Shown: positions 24,673 to 35,693, counted from the first letter of the stretch. The stretch is DNA of 64,000 nt from an uncultured Candidatus Entotheonella sp. (GCA_965215335.1 CBDCDA010000002.1:832001-896000); one strand, 5' to 3'. The notes: generated by a model from the sequence alone, not told the origin. A program made the numbers and translations.

Positions 24673-25889
24673 GTAGATCGTCAATCTCTAATGACCGGAT
24701 ATAAGCTACGCAACTTGATCCGTGCATCAGCGGTGGTAAAGCGCCACTGAACCGGCTGGCTCGTTTGATTGCGGCGTTCGGTCCAGGCGCTTACTTGATT
24801 GTGCAGCGTGTCGATGTCAGCCACCCGGCGGGTCAAACACTGACGGGCCAACACGCTGAACTCCAACTCAGCCATGTTCAGCCAACTGCCATGTTTCGGC
24901 GTGTACACAAACGACAGCTTGTCCAACAATGCGCGCGCCTGCTCGGGCGCAAACGCCTTGTACAGCGAAGCACCGCTGTGGGTGCTCAGATTGTCCATCA
25001 CCAGCGTGATGTGCTGCGCCTGCGGATAGTCTTCTTCGACCAACCGGCGAACCCCTTCGGCCCAAGTCAGTGCCTTGTGGTCAGCAGCCACGTCGACCCG
25101 CCGCCAATCGTCAAAGGGCGCATAGTACATCAACAGATGACCCACCCCGTTGCGCTCATATTCGGCATCAAAGCGGGCCGTGTGACGCGGGCTCATCGGC
25201 AGCGGCGCCCGTACCTCCCGAACACACTGCTTGGTGGTCTCATCCATGCAGATTACCGGGTCGGCCGGGTCATACGGACGCGTGTACACGTCAAGGACGT
25301 GCTCCATCGCACACACGAATGCCGCGTCCTGCTGAGGCGCTATGCACCACATGTCCTGACGCCACGGCTTGAGTTCGTTTTTTTAGCACTTGGCGTACCG
25401 TTTCGTGCGATATCGTCTGCACGATCTGACGCCGTTTCAACTCATCGGCCAACAGATGCAAGGTCCACCGAGCGCGTCCGTCCGGTGGTTCGCCGCAGGC
25501 GAGGGCGATCAACTGCGCCTCGCCCACGCCATCAAGCACGGTTGCGCGCTCGCGGCTACGCTGGCGCCGCCCCAAGGCGGCCTCTAGACCTTCCAGCACA
25601 CAGCGCTTGCGCACCTGTTCCACCGTGGTCCGGTTCACCTCGACCTGCTCTGCCACCTCTCTGTCGAGCTTGCCCGGCCCGTGTTCTCCTTGGTCAGCCA
25701 GTAGCAGGATGTGTGCATGGCGGCGACGGTAGGCGGCCACTCGGCCCGTCTTTATCAGTTTCTCCAGTTCGATCCGTTCCACCGCACTCAAGCGGACCAC
25801 GAAGAGTTTCTTCACCTCATCCCCTCCCAGTGTGAATGTGACTCGCGGAGGGTTTGCTATTATGCTGGAAAATCTCATTGGAGAGCTAC
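24673..25889 (-). mobile_element. IS630-family element
   Basis: TA duplication (24671-24672, 25890-25891). Imperfect IRs GTAGATCGTCAAT / GTAGCTCTCCAAT. Confidence 0.9.
24681..25815 (-). CDS. IS630 transposase, two ORFs joined by a -1 frameshift at A7 (25378-25384)
   Basis: HTH ORF (PPDGRARWTL...SHETVRQVLKK) plus DDE ORF (CMDET, VMDNLSTH, TPKHGSWLNMAE). The -1 shift gives LKKNELKPW. Confidence 0.9.
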
Positions 25890-26869
25890 TAGTGATTGAG
25901 CCAGCACGCCGAATGGTGATCGGGAGCCACCTGTTCCAGCGGGGGTTCCTGCGCCTGGCACTGTGGCATCACGCTCGGGCAGCGCGACGCGAACTTGCAT
26001 CCCGCCGGCAGGTTCGACAGGCTGGGGACGATGCCGGGGATTTCCTGCAGGCGCTGCTTGGCGCCGCTGGCATCCTTGTCCGCGCGGGGAAGGGACTGCA
26101 GCAGCCCTTGCGTGTAGGGGTGATTCGGCGACGCGAAGATGCGTTCCACCGGCGCTTGTTCCACAATCTTGCCGGCGTACATGACGACGACCTTGCGGGC
26201 CATCTCGGCAATGACGCCCAGATCGTGGGTGATCATGATGATGGCCGTTCCCAATTCCTCCTGGAGCGTGCGCATCAGGTCGAGAATCTGGGCTTCAATG
26301 GTGACGTCAAGGGCCGTTGTCGGCTCGTCGGCGATGAGGACTTTCGGGTTGCAACTCAGGGCCATGGCAATCATGGCGCGTTGGCGCATGCCGCCGCTCA
26401 GCTGATGCGGGTATTCGTGCACGCGACGCTCCGGCACCGGAATGCCCACCAGTTTCAGCGCCTCGACCGCCTTGGCCAGGGCGTCCTTCTTGTTCAGGCC
26501 CTGGTGCAGCCGAACGGCTTCGGTGATCTGGTTGCCGATGGTGAACACCGGATTCAGGGAGGTCATCGGCTCCTGGAAGATCATGGAAATGTCGTTGCCG
26601 CGAATGCGCCGCATGTCGGCTGAAGAGAGCTGCAACAGATCGGCGCCTTCAAAAATGATCTCGCCGGCGACGATTCTGCCGGGCGGGTCGGGAATGAGGC
26701 GCAGAACCGACAGGGCCGTGACGCTTTTGCCACATCCGGACTCCCCCACGACGCCCACGGTCTCGCCCTTTTCCAGCGAGTAGCTGACCCCGTCGACCGC
26801 CCGGGCAAGGCCGTCGTCGGTAAAGAACTGTGTCCGCAAGCCGCGAATATCAAGCAGCAATTCCTGCAT
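25889..26869 (-). CDS. oppD: Oligopeptide/dipeptide ABC transporter ATP-binding subunit (OppD/AppD-like)
   Basis: [31 protein letters not shown]. Confidence 0.9.
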   Translation of the reverse strand: MQELLLDIRGLRTQFFTDDGLARAVDGVSYSLEKGETVGVVGESGCGKSVTALSVLRLIPDPPGRIVAGEIIFEGADLLQLSSADMRRIRGNDISMIFQEPMTSLNPVFTIGNQITEAVRLHQGLNKKDALAKAVEALKLVGIPVPERRVHEYPHQLSGGMRQRAMIAMALSCNPKVLIADEPTTALDVTIEAQILDLMRTLQEELGTAIIMITHDLGVIAEMARKVVVMYAGKIVEQAPVERIFASPNHPYTQGLLQSLPRADKDASGAKQRLQEIPGIVPSLSNLPAGCKFASRCPSVMPQCQAQEPPLEQVAPDHHSACWLNH

Positions 26870-27029
26870 GGGTGCCTCGTTCGAGCGTGAGGGGGGGATT
26901 CCGAAATGCGGGAACGAACAGGGTCTTCCTCATAACAACATAAACAACCGCCAGCGGGGAAGTCAACCGAGGTCCGGTACCGGTTGCTTCAGAATACGTT
27001 CGGGAGGGCAGCCGGCAGGCATCCGAACC

Positions 27030-28427
27030 TCAGCCCCAATATGAGATTTCGCCTTCGATGACTTTCTTGTTGAGCTTCTTGTCGAGGTGGAGGCCTTCCA
27101 AGACGAACTCGAGTCCCGAGGCCATCAGGGCCGGGCTCCTGGCGCAGCCGAGGCGTTGCATGAGCTTCGTCAGGCCGGTTACGTCCCTGGTGTTTTGCTT
27201 ATAGGCGGCGGTCGGCATCGTGTCGGATACTTCCAGGCTTTGCCCGAGGTCGAAATACTCGAGAACGTCGGCCAGATCCGAGGGGTCGAAATTGTGATTG
27301 AACACCTTGCGTACCGCCTGGCGGGTCAATTCGGCAACGACGTCACCCTCTTTGCCTTCTTCGACCGTTTCCAGCTCGATTTTGCCGCTGGAAGACGGCA
27401 TCAGCGCCGGCAGGTCGCTGATGCGGGGTACGGCCTCATCCTCGCGCAACAGCAATGAGCGGCGCAAGGCGTTGCTGATCAGGCTTTCATAGTTGGCGAT
27501 GGACATGCGCACGCTGACGCCCGAGCGCTGGTTGATGTCGCCGTGGTGACGCGCCAGATGGGTCATTTCAGCGACGATTTCCTTCATGAAGCGCGGTACC
27601 GTTACCTGCGAGCCGGCGCTGCCCAGCAAGGGTGAACGCTCTGCCTCCATGATGTCGATTTCGATGGAAACGTTTCTGGGGTAATGGGTGCGGATTTCGG
27701 CGCCATAGCGGTCCTTGAGCGGTGTGATGATGCGGCCGCGGTTGGTGTAATCCTCGGGATTGGCGCTGGCGACAACACAGATGTTCAGCGGCAGACGCGC
27801 TCGGAAGCCGCGAATCTGCACGTCGCGCTCCTGCATGATGTTGAACAGGCCGACCTGCAGTTTCTCGGAGAGATCCGGCAGTTCGTTGATACAGAAGATG
27901 CCTCGGTTCGTGCGTGGCACGAGGCCGTAGTGAATCACCATATCGTCGGAGAGATAGCGGCCCTCGGCCACCTTGATCGGATCCACTTCGCCGATCAGTT
28001 CCGGCGCCGTGACGTCCGGCGTGGCGAGCTTTTCGCTGTAGCGGTCCGCGCGGGCCAACCAGGCGATGGGCGTATCGTCACCCTCTTTGTCAAGCAACTC
28101 GATGGCGTACGTCGAAATCGGGTTCAGCGGGTCGTCGTTGAGGTCGCTGCCTTCCACGCATGGCACCCAGGGGTCGAGGAGCGAGGTGAGGCTGCGGATG
28201 AGGCGGGTTTTCGCCTGGCCGCGTTCACCGAGAAAGATCATGTCCTGGCCGGCGAGGAGGGCGTTTTGCACCTGGGGGATAACGGTTTCTTCGAATCCAT
28301 GAATGCCGGGAAAAAGCGGCTCGCGGTCCAGCATTTTCCGAATGAGGTTCTTGCGCATCTCCGCCTTGACGCCCAGCGGCGTGTAGCCTGTTTCCCTGAG
28401 CTTGCCCAGCGTGTCCACCTTGTTCAT
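27030..28427 (-). CDS. Magnesium-chelatase-like AAA+ ATPase
   Basis: Walker A GERGQAKT, INELPDL, SANPEDYTNRGRIITPLKDR. Confidence 0.85.
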   Translation of the reverse strand: MNKVDTLGKLRETGYTPLGVKAEMRKNLIRKMLDREPLFPGIHGFEETVIPQVQNALLAGQDMIFLGERGQAKTRLIRSLTSLLDPWVPCVEGSDLNDDPLNPISTYAIELLDKEGDDTPIAWLARADRYSEKLATPDVTAPELIGEVDPIKVAEGRYLSDDMVIHYGLVPRTNRGIFCINELPDLSEKLQVGLFNIMQERDVQIRGFRARLPLNICVVASANPEDYTNRGRIITPLKDRYGAEIRTHYPRNVSIEIDIMEAERSPLLGSAGSQVTVPRFMKEIVAEMTHLARHHGDINQRSGVSVRMSIANYESLISNALRRSLLLREDEAVPRISDLPALMPSSSGKIELETVEEGKEGDVVAELTRQAVRKVFNHNFDPSDLADVLEYFDLGQSLEVSDTMPTAAYKQNTRDVTGLTKLMQRLGCARSPALMASGLEFVLEGLHLDKKLNKKVIEGEISYWG

Positions 28428-28610
28428 CTTGCGACCCCTTTGTCCACGCGACGGTACCGTTGCGGGTGACCTTCGGACGCATGCTGCCTGGCTTTGTTGC
28501 AGGCGACCGTACGGCAGGTATCTGGCGGCTTCTGCCGTGGCATGTCGAGTTGTTTCGAGCCATCGAAGGGCGACGCATGATACGTGAGGGATTCCAGAGC
28601 CGTCAAGCTG

Positions 28611-29957
28611 TCACGCTTCACGGCCACCCTGGTGTCTTGGCATGTTGGCGGCGGCATCGGGCAGGTCGTTTTCCAGTTCGCGCAGCAACCCGTCAACCAG
28701 CGCCACGTCCTGCAGGTGAAGAAAGTCCCGATAGCCCGGGGCGGTTGGCGAGGCGAGTTCTGAAAGGAACCGGGCATGGGGTTGCAGCAGGCCGGTCAGC
28801 AGTTGCTGCCCCAGGCCCGGCAAGGCTCTGCGCGCGCCCGGCGCGCGATTCAGGTGGGTCTGCAGGCGATTGGCGCGTTGGCGCAAGCCGACGATGAGGG
28901 TGATTCCGGTTTGGCAGATGGTCTGCAGCGAATGCTCGCGCAGCAGCGCTTCGGGCGGCTGCGCATGGCGGCTGCGGAGGTAGTCGAGGCCAAGATTCAC
29001 GTATGCGTGGACACGCCGCAAGCTGGCCTTGAGCGCCGCGGCATCGGCGAAATCGACCTGATCGACGACAAGTTCGCGGTTGCATAAAGCCACCATCTCC
29101 CAGCACAGGCGGTCCAGGGTGTCGAGGGAGAAATGCCCGCCCAGGGCCCGGGCCAGCAAGGAGCCGTCCGGCGTCATGCTCCAGGCGTAACCCGGGACCA
29201 TTCCCGATTCTTCGGCGTTTGCGGGACGCCCTGGTGACTCGAAGCCTGCTGGCGCAAGGTGCGGGATGTCATCAACGATGCGATACGCTTCCAGGGCATC
29301 ATAATAATCGGGAAAGCCCTCGTCTTGCAGGCGACCGCTTTTCCAGCGATAGGCCCATTCCTCCAGCTCGCTTTCGAGGCCCCACATGATGCCCTGCATG
29401 AGGCCGTGATAGGCATCGAGGTCGGCCTGGCGCAGAAAGGCCAGCAGCCCCTGAAGGTGTTCGTTCCAGGGGCTGGCCGGGTCGATGAATTCCAGGCGAT
29501 ACAGTTCGTTCGACAACACCTCGTGGTAGGGCTCGGGTTCCTCTTCTTCCTCGACCGGCAGGGCGGCGTGCACCCGAACGTGCTGGCTGAAAGCGGTAAT
29601 CAACAACTCGTTGTCCAGAAGCGCCAAGGTACCCAGAAACGATTCCAGACCGCTTGCCCGCAAATCTTCAAGCCACTCCAACACGCGGGTGCCGCGCAAG
29701 TTCTGCTTGTGCCAGCAGTCGAGATCGAGCACCGTGCGATTCTGTTCCGGGTGCGCCATGGCAAGCAAGGCGGCGCGCGATTCCGGCGTTTCTTTCAACA
29801 GCACCGCGTATTCGACCGGGGGCAGCGCCTGAACCGCTGCAGTGCTGTCGGATGCTGCCAGCAGATCCTGAACGCGCTGTTTGACTTCGGCGGGGGAGAG
29901 ACGAGCCCAGAACGGCTGGGCGAGGAGGGCATGACGGTAGTGCTGTTCCGCTGGCAT
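28611..29957 (-). CDS. Conserved hypothetical protein (DUF6178-like)
   Basis: Long ORF with LDLDCW and E..YRWKSGRLQDEGFPDY segments. Family recalled from memory; start uncertain. Confidence 0.6.
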   Translation of the reverse strand: MPAEQHYRHALLAQPFWARLSPAEVKQRVQDLLAASDSTAAVQALPPVEYAVLLKETPESRAALLAMAHPEQNRTVLDLDCWHKQNLRGTRVLEWLEDLRASGLESFLGTLALLDNELLITAFSQHVRVHAALPVEEEEEPEPYHEVLSNELYRLEFIDPASPWNEHLQGLLAFLRQADLDAYHGLMQGIMWGLESELEEWAYRWKSGRLQDEGFPDYYDALEAYRIVDDIPHLAPAGFESPGRPANAEESGMVPGYAWSMTPDGSLLARALGGHFSLDTLDRLCWEMVALCNRELVVDQVDFADAAALKASLRRVHAYVNLGLDYLRSRHAQPPEALLREHSLQTICQTGITLIVGLRQRANRLQTHLNRAPGARRALPGLGQQLLTGLLQPHARFLSELASPTAPGYRDFLHLQDVALVDGLLRELENDLPDAAANMPRHQGGREA

Positions 29958-30063
29958 AGCCTGTGGGCCTCGAATGGCTGAGTAGTACCGGGCAGGTGTG
30001 ATAACATCCCTGCGGCCAATGGACAAAGATGCCCTCCGCCCAAAGCTAACCCTGGACACGGTC

Positions 30064-30318
30064 ATGTCTTCACCGCCCCGCCGAGACGTGTTTGTCGTCG
30101 CCTTCCTGATTGCGGGGGTGTGCTTTCTGACGCTCGCCCCGTCCATGTACATCGCGTTCCACGCGCTGCGATGGGACAAGGCCTTGCAGGTCCTGGAGGC
30201 AGTCTTTCTGCCGGCACTCTTTATCGGTGGGCTGGGTGCCCTGCTCGCCTATCAACGCATCAGGGCTCGGCGGCAGGTTGCGGCGGAAAACGGCGTACCG
30301 CCGGAGCCTGACGACTGA
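30064..30318 (+). CDS. Small two-TM membrane protein
   Basis: Two hydrophobic stretches. Fills the gap between neighbouring genes. Confidence 0.6.
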   Translation: MSSPPRRDVFVVAFLIAGVCFLTLAPSMYIAFHALRWDKALQVLEAVFLPALFIGGLGALLAYQRIRARRQVAAENGVPPEPDD

Positions 30319-30324
30319 GCGATG

Positions 30325-30735
30325 TCAGCCGGGTTGCACCCAATGCGATTCGCCGTCAGCGAAGAATTCCTTTTTCCACACCGGCACTTCTTCCTTGACG
30401 CGATCCATGGCATACGCGCAGGCCTCGAAGGCGGGTTGACGGTGCGGCGCGGCGACCGCGATCAGGATGCTGCTTTCACCGATTTCCAGGCGTCCGATCC
30501 GGTGCACCATGGCAATGTCGCCCACCACGAACTTGCCCCGTACCTCCGTGGCGATTTCGGCCATCTTCTTCTCTGCCATGGGCGCGTAGGCTTCGTACGC
30601 CAGGCAGCGCACCTCTCGCCCATCGAAATTGTCGCGCACAATGCCGTCGAAGGTGACAACCGCGCCGTCGCCAGGGCTCTTGACGAGGCCATGAACCTGC
30701 TGCAGGTCTAGGGGTTCGGTCGTGACGCGGAACAT
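30325..30735 (-). CDS. moaE: Molybdopterin synthase catalytic subunit
   Basis: GAVVTFDGIVR, HRIGRLEIGE, HRQPAFEAC, VPVWKKE. Confidence 0.95.
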   Translation of the reverse strand: MFRVTTEPLDLQQVHGLVKSPGDGAVVTFDGIVRDNFDGREVRCLAYEAYAPMAEKKMAEIATEVRGKFVVGDIAMVHRIGRLEIGESSILIAVAAPHRQPAFEACAYAMDRVKEEVPVWKKEFFADGESHWVQPG

Positions 30736-30983
30736 CCGTATCCTCCACTCACGGGCGGGATGAGAACAACTTCGTCACCCTCGTGCAGGGTCGTTTCTGC
30801 TTCGACGAAGTCCATATCGAGAGAAAAGCGCAGATTGTCCAGATAAGGCTCCAGGGCAGGATGTCGATGCCGTATGGCCTCGACGGCCTGCTTCACGTCC
30901 GCCCCGGCGGGCAGGTCGAGAGACAGGCTGTCGGTACCGGCTTTTTCCCGTATCAGGGCGAATAATCTGACCGTAACATGCAT
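30708..30983 (-). CDS. moaD: Molybdopterin synthase sulfur carrier (10-aa extension after GG)
   Basis: VTVRLFALIREKAG...GDEVVLIPPVSGG ubiquitin-like signature. Confidence 0.9.
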   Translation of the reverse strand: MHVTVRLFALIREKAGTDSLSLDLPAGADVKQAVEAIRHRHPALEPYLDNLRFSLDMDFVEAETTLHEGDEVVLIPPVSGGYGCSASRPNP

Positions 30984-31053
30984 GGAATTGTCTCCGGCGC
31001 GATTCTATCCAGCGCGCCGAATGATGTCAAAAGGACACCGCTGCACGCCGGCT

Positions 31054-32154
31054 TCAGAGCCAGGGGCGAAACTGCTTGCCGAGCTTCAGGGCCTGGCCTT
31101 GGTAGTGTGACGCCAGTCCCTCGCCGTACATCGTTTCCGGCGTTTCGGTGGTGCGTTCCAGGCAGAGCTTGCAGAAGAGTTGCCCGTCTTCGATGAGAAA
31201 CGGGACGTCGTGCGGTCGCACTTCCAGGACTGCCTTGGCGCCCTGGCGCGCGCCGCTGCTGCAGCCAAAGCCGGGATCGAAGAAGCCGGCATAGTGGGTC
31301 CGCAGTTCTCCCGAGCCGGCGTCGTACGCCATCAATTCGGCCGCATAATCCGGCGGCACGCGCACCTTTTCTTTGGATGCCAGGATATAGAACTCTTCCG
31401 GTTCCAGGATGAGCGGGCGTTGCGACACGCACCGAATCGGCTCCCAGAATTCCGCGGGATCATAGACGCCCACTTGCGCCAAGTCGATGATGTCGCTGTT
31501 TTTGCGTGCCTTGTAACCGATGACGTCGCCATCGTGGCCTGCCGTTTCCACCCCCATGAACAGCCCGCCGTCCAGATGCAGGGCGCTGAGCGGCAACGGT
31601 TGGTCGTCGTTGCCGTACAGCAGGGGTTCCGTCTGATACAGTCGGGCCACGTCGCCGTCATCCAGCGCGCCAGCGCCGCTGAACAGCCGCAGCTGGTTCA
31701 GTGACAGGCCGTGACGGACCTTGATGGTAAACGAGCGCGGAAAGATTTCCAGATAGAGCCGGCCGCGATAGCCGGGGGGTATGTCGTCAAAGCGCTGGTT
31801 GGCGTCGGTAATGACACGTGTGAACACGTCCAGTCGTCCGGTGGAGCTTTTCGGATTGGTCTTGGCGTACACGTGGTGCGGCAGGGTCAGTTCCTCGATC
31901 AGCGGTATGAGATAGACGTGGCCGCGTTCCAGGATGGCTGCTGGCGTGAGGGGCAATTCGTACATCGTCAGGTAGGCGAGTTTTTCGGCAACGGTCTCAT
32001 GGCCGGGGAGAAAACTGCTACGGATGCGGTACGCGATTCGTCCAAGCCGCAGGTCCAGGCTGGCCGGCTGCAATTGGGCGGCCTTGATGTCCAGGGCAGG
32101 GGCCGTGATCCAGCCCGCAGCGATGGCGCCGCGCAGTTGTTGGAGCGGCAGCAC
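31054..32154 (-). CDS. dcd: dCTP deaminase (duplicated-domain type)
   Basis: QPASLDLRLG, NPKSSTGRLDVF, HYAGFFDPGFG. Start uncertain. Confidence 0.9.
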   Translation of the reverse strand: MLPLQQLRGAIAAGWITAPALDIKAAQLQPASLDLRLGRIAYRIRSSFLPGHETVAEKLAYLTMYELPLTPAAILERGHVYLIPLIEELTLPHHVYAKTNPKSSTGRLDVFTRVITDANQRFDDIPPGYRGRLYLEIFPRSFTIKVRHGLSLNQLRLFSGAGALDDGDVARLYQTEPLLYGNDDQPLPLSALHLDGGLFMGVETAGHDGDVIGYKARKNSDIIDLAQVGVYDPAEFWEPIRCVSQRPLILEPEEFYILASKEKVRVPPDYAAELMAYDAGSGELRTHYAGFFDPGFGCSSGARQGAKAVLEVRPHDVPFLIEDGQLFCKLCLERTTETPETMYGEGLASHYQGQALKLGKQFRPWL

Positions 32155-32225
32155 CCCGCCCGTTTGCCTGCTGCGAGGATCGTCATATGGGGCGATAGTC
32201 CGTGGCGTAGCCGTGTGACGAATCC

Positions 32226-33215
32226 TCAGGGCTGAAAATGGGGCAGGGGCAGATCAAGGGCAGTGAGCAGTCCGGGCTGCGCCTGGTGCACGCCGGGGCT
32301 CATGTTGACGAGCAGGGCGGCTGTCGCGGAGTCTCCCATGTCGTTACTCCTGATCGTCATTTCCAGGGACGGGGTGCCCTCGATGTAAATCGTGTTGCGG
32401 GCGTTTTCGGCTTCGAGGTAGGTTCGCAGGTCGAAGGAAATGACCTCCTTCCCGCGACTGATACCTTTCACCATGTAGCGCACCCCGCAAACGTGCTGCG
32501 GTTTAAGCTGTTGTCGTCCCACGCGCAGGGGTTTGTCGGCGATGACGGGCACCAGGCGTTCCTTGAAGTCGTCCATTCGCCATTGCAGGACGTGCGCCAG
32601 GAACGCCAGGGAATCGACCAGGCCGACCACCCCCACACGATGCTGCGCTTCCTGTTCGGCAAAGCTGTCCCTGGTAAGCCCGATGCCGATTTTCTGCTGC
32701 AGCGAGGGGCGGCTTCCCGACGCGTTGACGACTCGGGTAACCGCCAAGCGGTCGATCTGCTGGCACATTCCCGTGAGCATCAGCACCAGCGTGTCCATGA
32801 CGAAGCCCGGCGTCACACCCGTGCCCAGGATGGAAACACCGTATCTTTTGGCCATTTCATCGAGATGGCGGGCTTCATCGGGGTAGCGGTAATGCGGATA
32901 GAACAACTCTTCAGCGGAGGCGACGATGTTGATGCCGCGTTCCATCAGGGCGTGCAGGGTGGGCAGAATTTCGGGAAAGGTGGAGACGGTGGTCAGCAAG
33001 GCGACGTCAACGTCGTTGTATTGTTGAAAATCCAGAAAGTCTCCGTGCACCGGGACACCAAGCCGCTGATCGACCTCGACGACTTCACCGAGGTCTCGTC
33101 CTTGCTTGGCCGGGTCAATGTCGAAGGCTGCGGCAATTTGCCAGCCGGGCTTCTTGAGCAGCAGCCGGGTAACCGCCTTCCCTATGGAGCCCAAGCCGAC
33201 CTGCATCACCTTCAT
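32226..33215 (-). CDS. NAD(P)-dependent amine dehydrogenase family (DapB-like / 2,4-diaminopentanoate dehydrogenase-like)
   Basis: GLGSIG Rossmann motif, EELFYP, LGTGVTPGFVMD. Confidence 0.8.
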   Translation of the reverse strand: MKVMQVGLGSIGKAVTRLLLKKPGWQIAAAFDIDPAKQGRDLGEVVEVDQRLGVPVHGDFLDFQQYNDVDVALLTTVSTFPEILPTLHALMERGINIVASAEELFYPHYRYPDEARHLDEMAKRYGVSILGTGVTPGFVMDTLVLMLTGMCQQIDRLAVTRVVNASGSRPSLQQKIGIGLTRDSFAEQEAQHRVGVVGLVDSLAFLAHVLQWRMDDFKERLVPVIADKPLRVGRQQLKPQHVCGVRYMVKGISRGKEVISFDLRTYLEAENARNTIYIEGTPSLEMTIRSNDMGDSATAALLVNMSPGVHQAQPGLLTALDLPLPHFQP

Positions 33216-33574
33216 CGTGTGCACTCCCAGCGCCAGCCAAACCCCCCGGAACTTGTCACCACCGGTTGGGAGTCGGCCGATTTTCTGCGCAGGCAATTGA
33301 GGTTCAGGGAGCGATGAGCCGGACGGCTCATCGCCGTGAATTTTGATTTGCCGCTCCGGCTACGCCGGGCCGATTATCGACCTTCCGCGCGTCGTGTCAA
33401 CCCTGAAGAGACGGCGAGCCTTTTATGCGCTTGACACCTGGCCGAGGGTGTTGCTACAACTCCTGCCATCCCCGCCGTGCGAGAGTCAGCGGACACTGAA
33501 CGTGTTGTCCGCGCCGCATCAATCAGCAACATCTCGGGCTTTTGGCCAGCCTGGCAATACACATAAGGGACCTG

Positions 33575-34933
33575 ATGGTGCGCATCGTCGTCCTGGGAGC
33601 GGGGGAAGTCGGCTACCACGTCGCCAGTCGTCTGATCCGCGAACGGCACGACGTGGTCATCATCGATCACTCGTCCGAGCTTGTCGAACGGGTGAAGGAG
33701 GAGTTGGACGTCCTGGCCTTTCGAGGCCACGCGGCGAGCCCGCAGGTGCTCGAGGAGGCGGAGATCGACCGCACGGACATGCTGATTGCGGTCACGAGCT
33801 CGGATGAGATCAATCTGGTGGCGTGTCTTCTGGCCCGTCAGTCCGGAGTCCCCAGTTGCATTGCGCGTATCAACGAGCCGGATTTTCGCGCGACGACCCT
33901 CATGCAAGCCGGCAAGCACATCGGTATTGACCTTCTGATCAATCCGAGTCAGACCGTGGCGGAGGAAGTCTGTCGGCTGATCAAGACGCCGGGTGCGGAG
34001 GAGGCCGCCGACTTTCTCGAAGGGCGGGTGAAACTTCTGGTTTTTCGGGTGCAGAAGCGGGCGCCGGTCGTCCGCCATCGCCTGCGGGACATCCCCGGTA
34101 TCGGTGAGGGTCCGGCGCCCTTTCTCATTGTCGCGATACAGCGCGGCGGAGAAACCCTGATCCCGACCGGCAACACGATGATCGAGGCCGATGATCATTT
34201 GCTCGTTATCGGCAAGAGCGACCTCCTGCGGGACAACCTGCATCTGTTGGGCATCGTGTCGCACCCGGCCCGCAGGGTGTTCATCATCGGCGGCGGGCGA
34301 GTGGGTTACAACGTGGCGCACATGCTGGAGCAGGACGAGACGGACTACGACGTGCGGTTGTTGGAGCAGGACCCCGCGCGCTGCCAGATGCTGGCCGACC
34401 GGCTGTCCGATACGCTGGTGCTGCACGGCAATGCGACGGACCTGAAGCTGTTGCGGGAGGAAGGCGTCACGGAAATGGACGCGGTCATTGCCGTAACGAA
34501 CGACGAAGGCACCAATCTCATCGCGGCCCTGTTAGCCAAAACCAGCGGTGCGCGAGGCGTCGTCACTCTCATCAAGCGGCCGGACCTCGTGCCGCTGGTT
34601 GCCGCTTTGGGTATCGACGCGGCGATCTCGCCGCGCCTGATCACGGCGGGGGCGATTCTCCGCCATTTGCGCCGCGGGCAGGTGCTGTCGGTGTTCACGT
34701 CCATCAACACGGAGGCCGAAACGCTGGAATTGATCGCGGCCCCGCGCGCCAAGATCGTCGGCAAGCCCCTCTATGCGGTCAGGATGCCCGCCGGGGTTCT
34801 GGTCGGCGCGGTGGCGCATGGCGATGAGATTCTCATTCCGCGTGGCGACACCGTGATCCAGGCGGACGATCGGGTCATCGTGTTTGCCCTGCCCGCCGCG
34901 GTGCCACAGGCCGCCAGGCTGTTCGGCGCCTAG
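33575..34933 (+). CDS. trkA: Trk potassium uptake NAD-binding subunit
   Basis: Two RCK domains (GAGEVG, GGGRVG), VTSSDEINL. Confidence 0.92.
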   Translation: MVRIVVLGAGEVGYHVASRLIRERHDVVIIDHSSELVERVKEELDVLAFRGHAASPQVLEEAEIDRTDMLIAVTSSDEINLVACLLARQSGVPSCIARINEPDFRATTLMQAGKHIGIDLLINPSQTVAEEVCRLIKTPGAEEAADFLEGRVKLLVFRVQKRAPVVRHRLRDIPGIGEGPAPFLIVAIQRGGETLIPTGNTMIEADDHLLVIGKSDLLRDNLHLLGIVSHPARRVFIIGGGRVGYNVAHMLEQDETDYDVRLLEQDPARCQMLADRLSDTLVLHGNATDLKLLREEGVTEMDAVIAVTNDEGTNLIAALLAKTSGARGVVTLIKRPDLVPLVAALGIDAAISPRLITAGAILRHLRRGQVLSVFTSINTEAETLELIAAPRAKIVGKPLYAVRMPAGVLVGAVAHGDEILIPRGDTVIQADDRVIVFALPAAVPQAARLFGA

Positions 34934-34973
34934 CCGACACCGGCCGCGAAACCGCGAGGTCAAGGAGATCAGG

Positions 34974-35264
34974 ATGAAGAAGTATACGGCTTTGACGCAA
35001 AACATGTTTCGCCATCTGGCCCGCGGCGAGGAAGTGCAGTACGGCACCTTTCACATTCGGATCGTGGAGGAGAAGATCATTGTTTGCGGCCCGGGGAAGG
35101 ATGGACGCCGATTGGAATTACATTACCGGCGGCGTCCCGGAAGCGATGAGGGTTTTTCGAAGCAGCAATTCAGGAATATTTTCGCGTCGCGCGAAAAGCC
35201 CCTCTTCAGCATCAGCATCCGCTCGCGAGGCGCCGGGCAGCGCCCGCAGAAGCGGACGGGGTAG
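34974..35264 (+). CDS. Hypothetical protein
   Basis: AAGGAG RBS, 96-aa ORF. Confidence 0.6.
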   Translation: MKKYTALTQNMFRHLARGEEVQYGTFHIRIVEEKIIVCGPGKDGRRLELHYRRRPGSDEGFSKQQFRNIFASREKPLFSISIRSRGAGQRPQKRTG

Positions 35265-35275
35265 TTGGCGAGACG

Positions 35276-35623
35276 TTACGCCGCGGCTGTTCCCGACGAG
35301 CTCTTCTTGGTGGATTCGCTGCTGCTATCCGAGGCCAGGCCTGTTGTTGCGGTCTTGCTGTCGTTCTTTCCCGATACCGTCTTCTCCGAGGCGCTCTTCT
35401 CGGAAGTGCCGTTTTCTGACGGCGATTCGCCTTTCCGATCCTCGTTACGCCCGTAATCGGTCACGTACCAGCCGCTGCCCTTGAGATGGAATGCGGAGCG
35501 CGAGATCAGCTTCTGCAGCGAACCGGCGCAGGTCGGACAGGCCTCAGCCGGCGGGTCTGAAAACTTCTGCAGGCGCTCGAATTCGTGATGGCAATCCTGG
35601 CAGCGATACTCGTAAATCGGCAT
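35276..35623 (-). CDS. FmdB-family zinc-ribbon protein
   Basis: MPIYEYRCQDC...CPTC...FHLKGSGWYVTDY with a low-complexity tail. Confidence 0.9.
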   Translation of the reverse strand: MPIYEYRCQDCHHEFERLQKFSDPPAEACPTCAGSLQKLISRSAFHLKGSGWYVTDYGRNEDRKGESPSENGTSEKSASEKTVSGKNDSKTATTGLASDSSSESTKKSSSGTAAA

Positions 35624-35693
35624 CGAAGGGCTCCCTTCCTCGAACTTCCTCACAAGGCGTGACGTGTTGCGTCAATAGCACGGTCCCGGTGGG

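Noticed and set aside
33431..33460. trkA promoter (TTGACA...TACAAC)
   Set aside because: Good -35 but weak -10, so support is insufficient.
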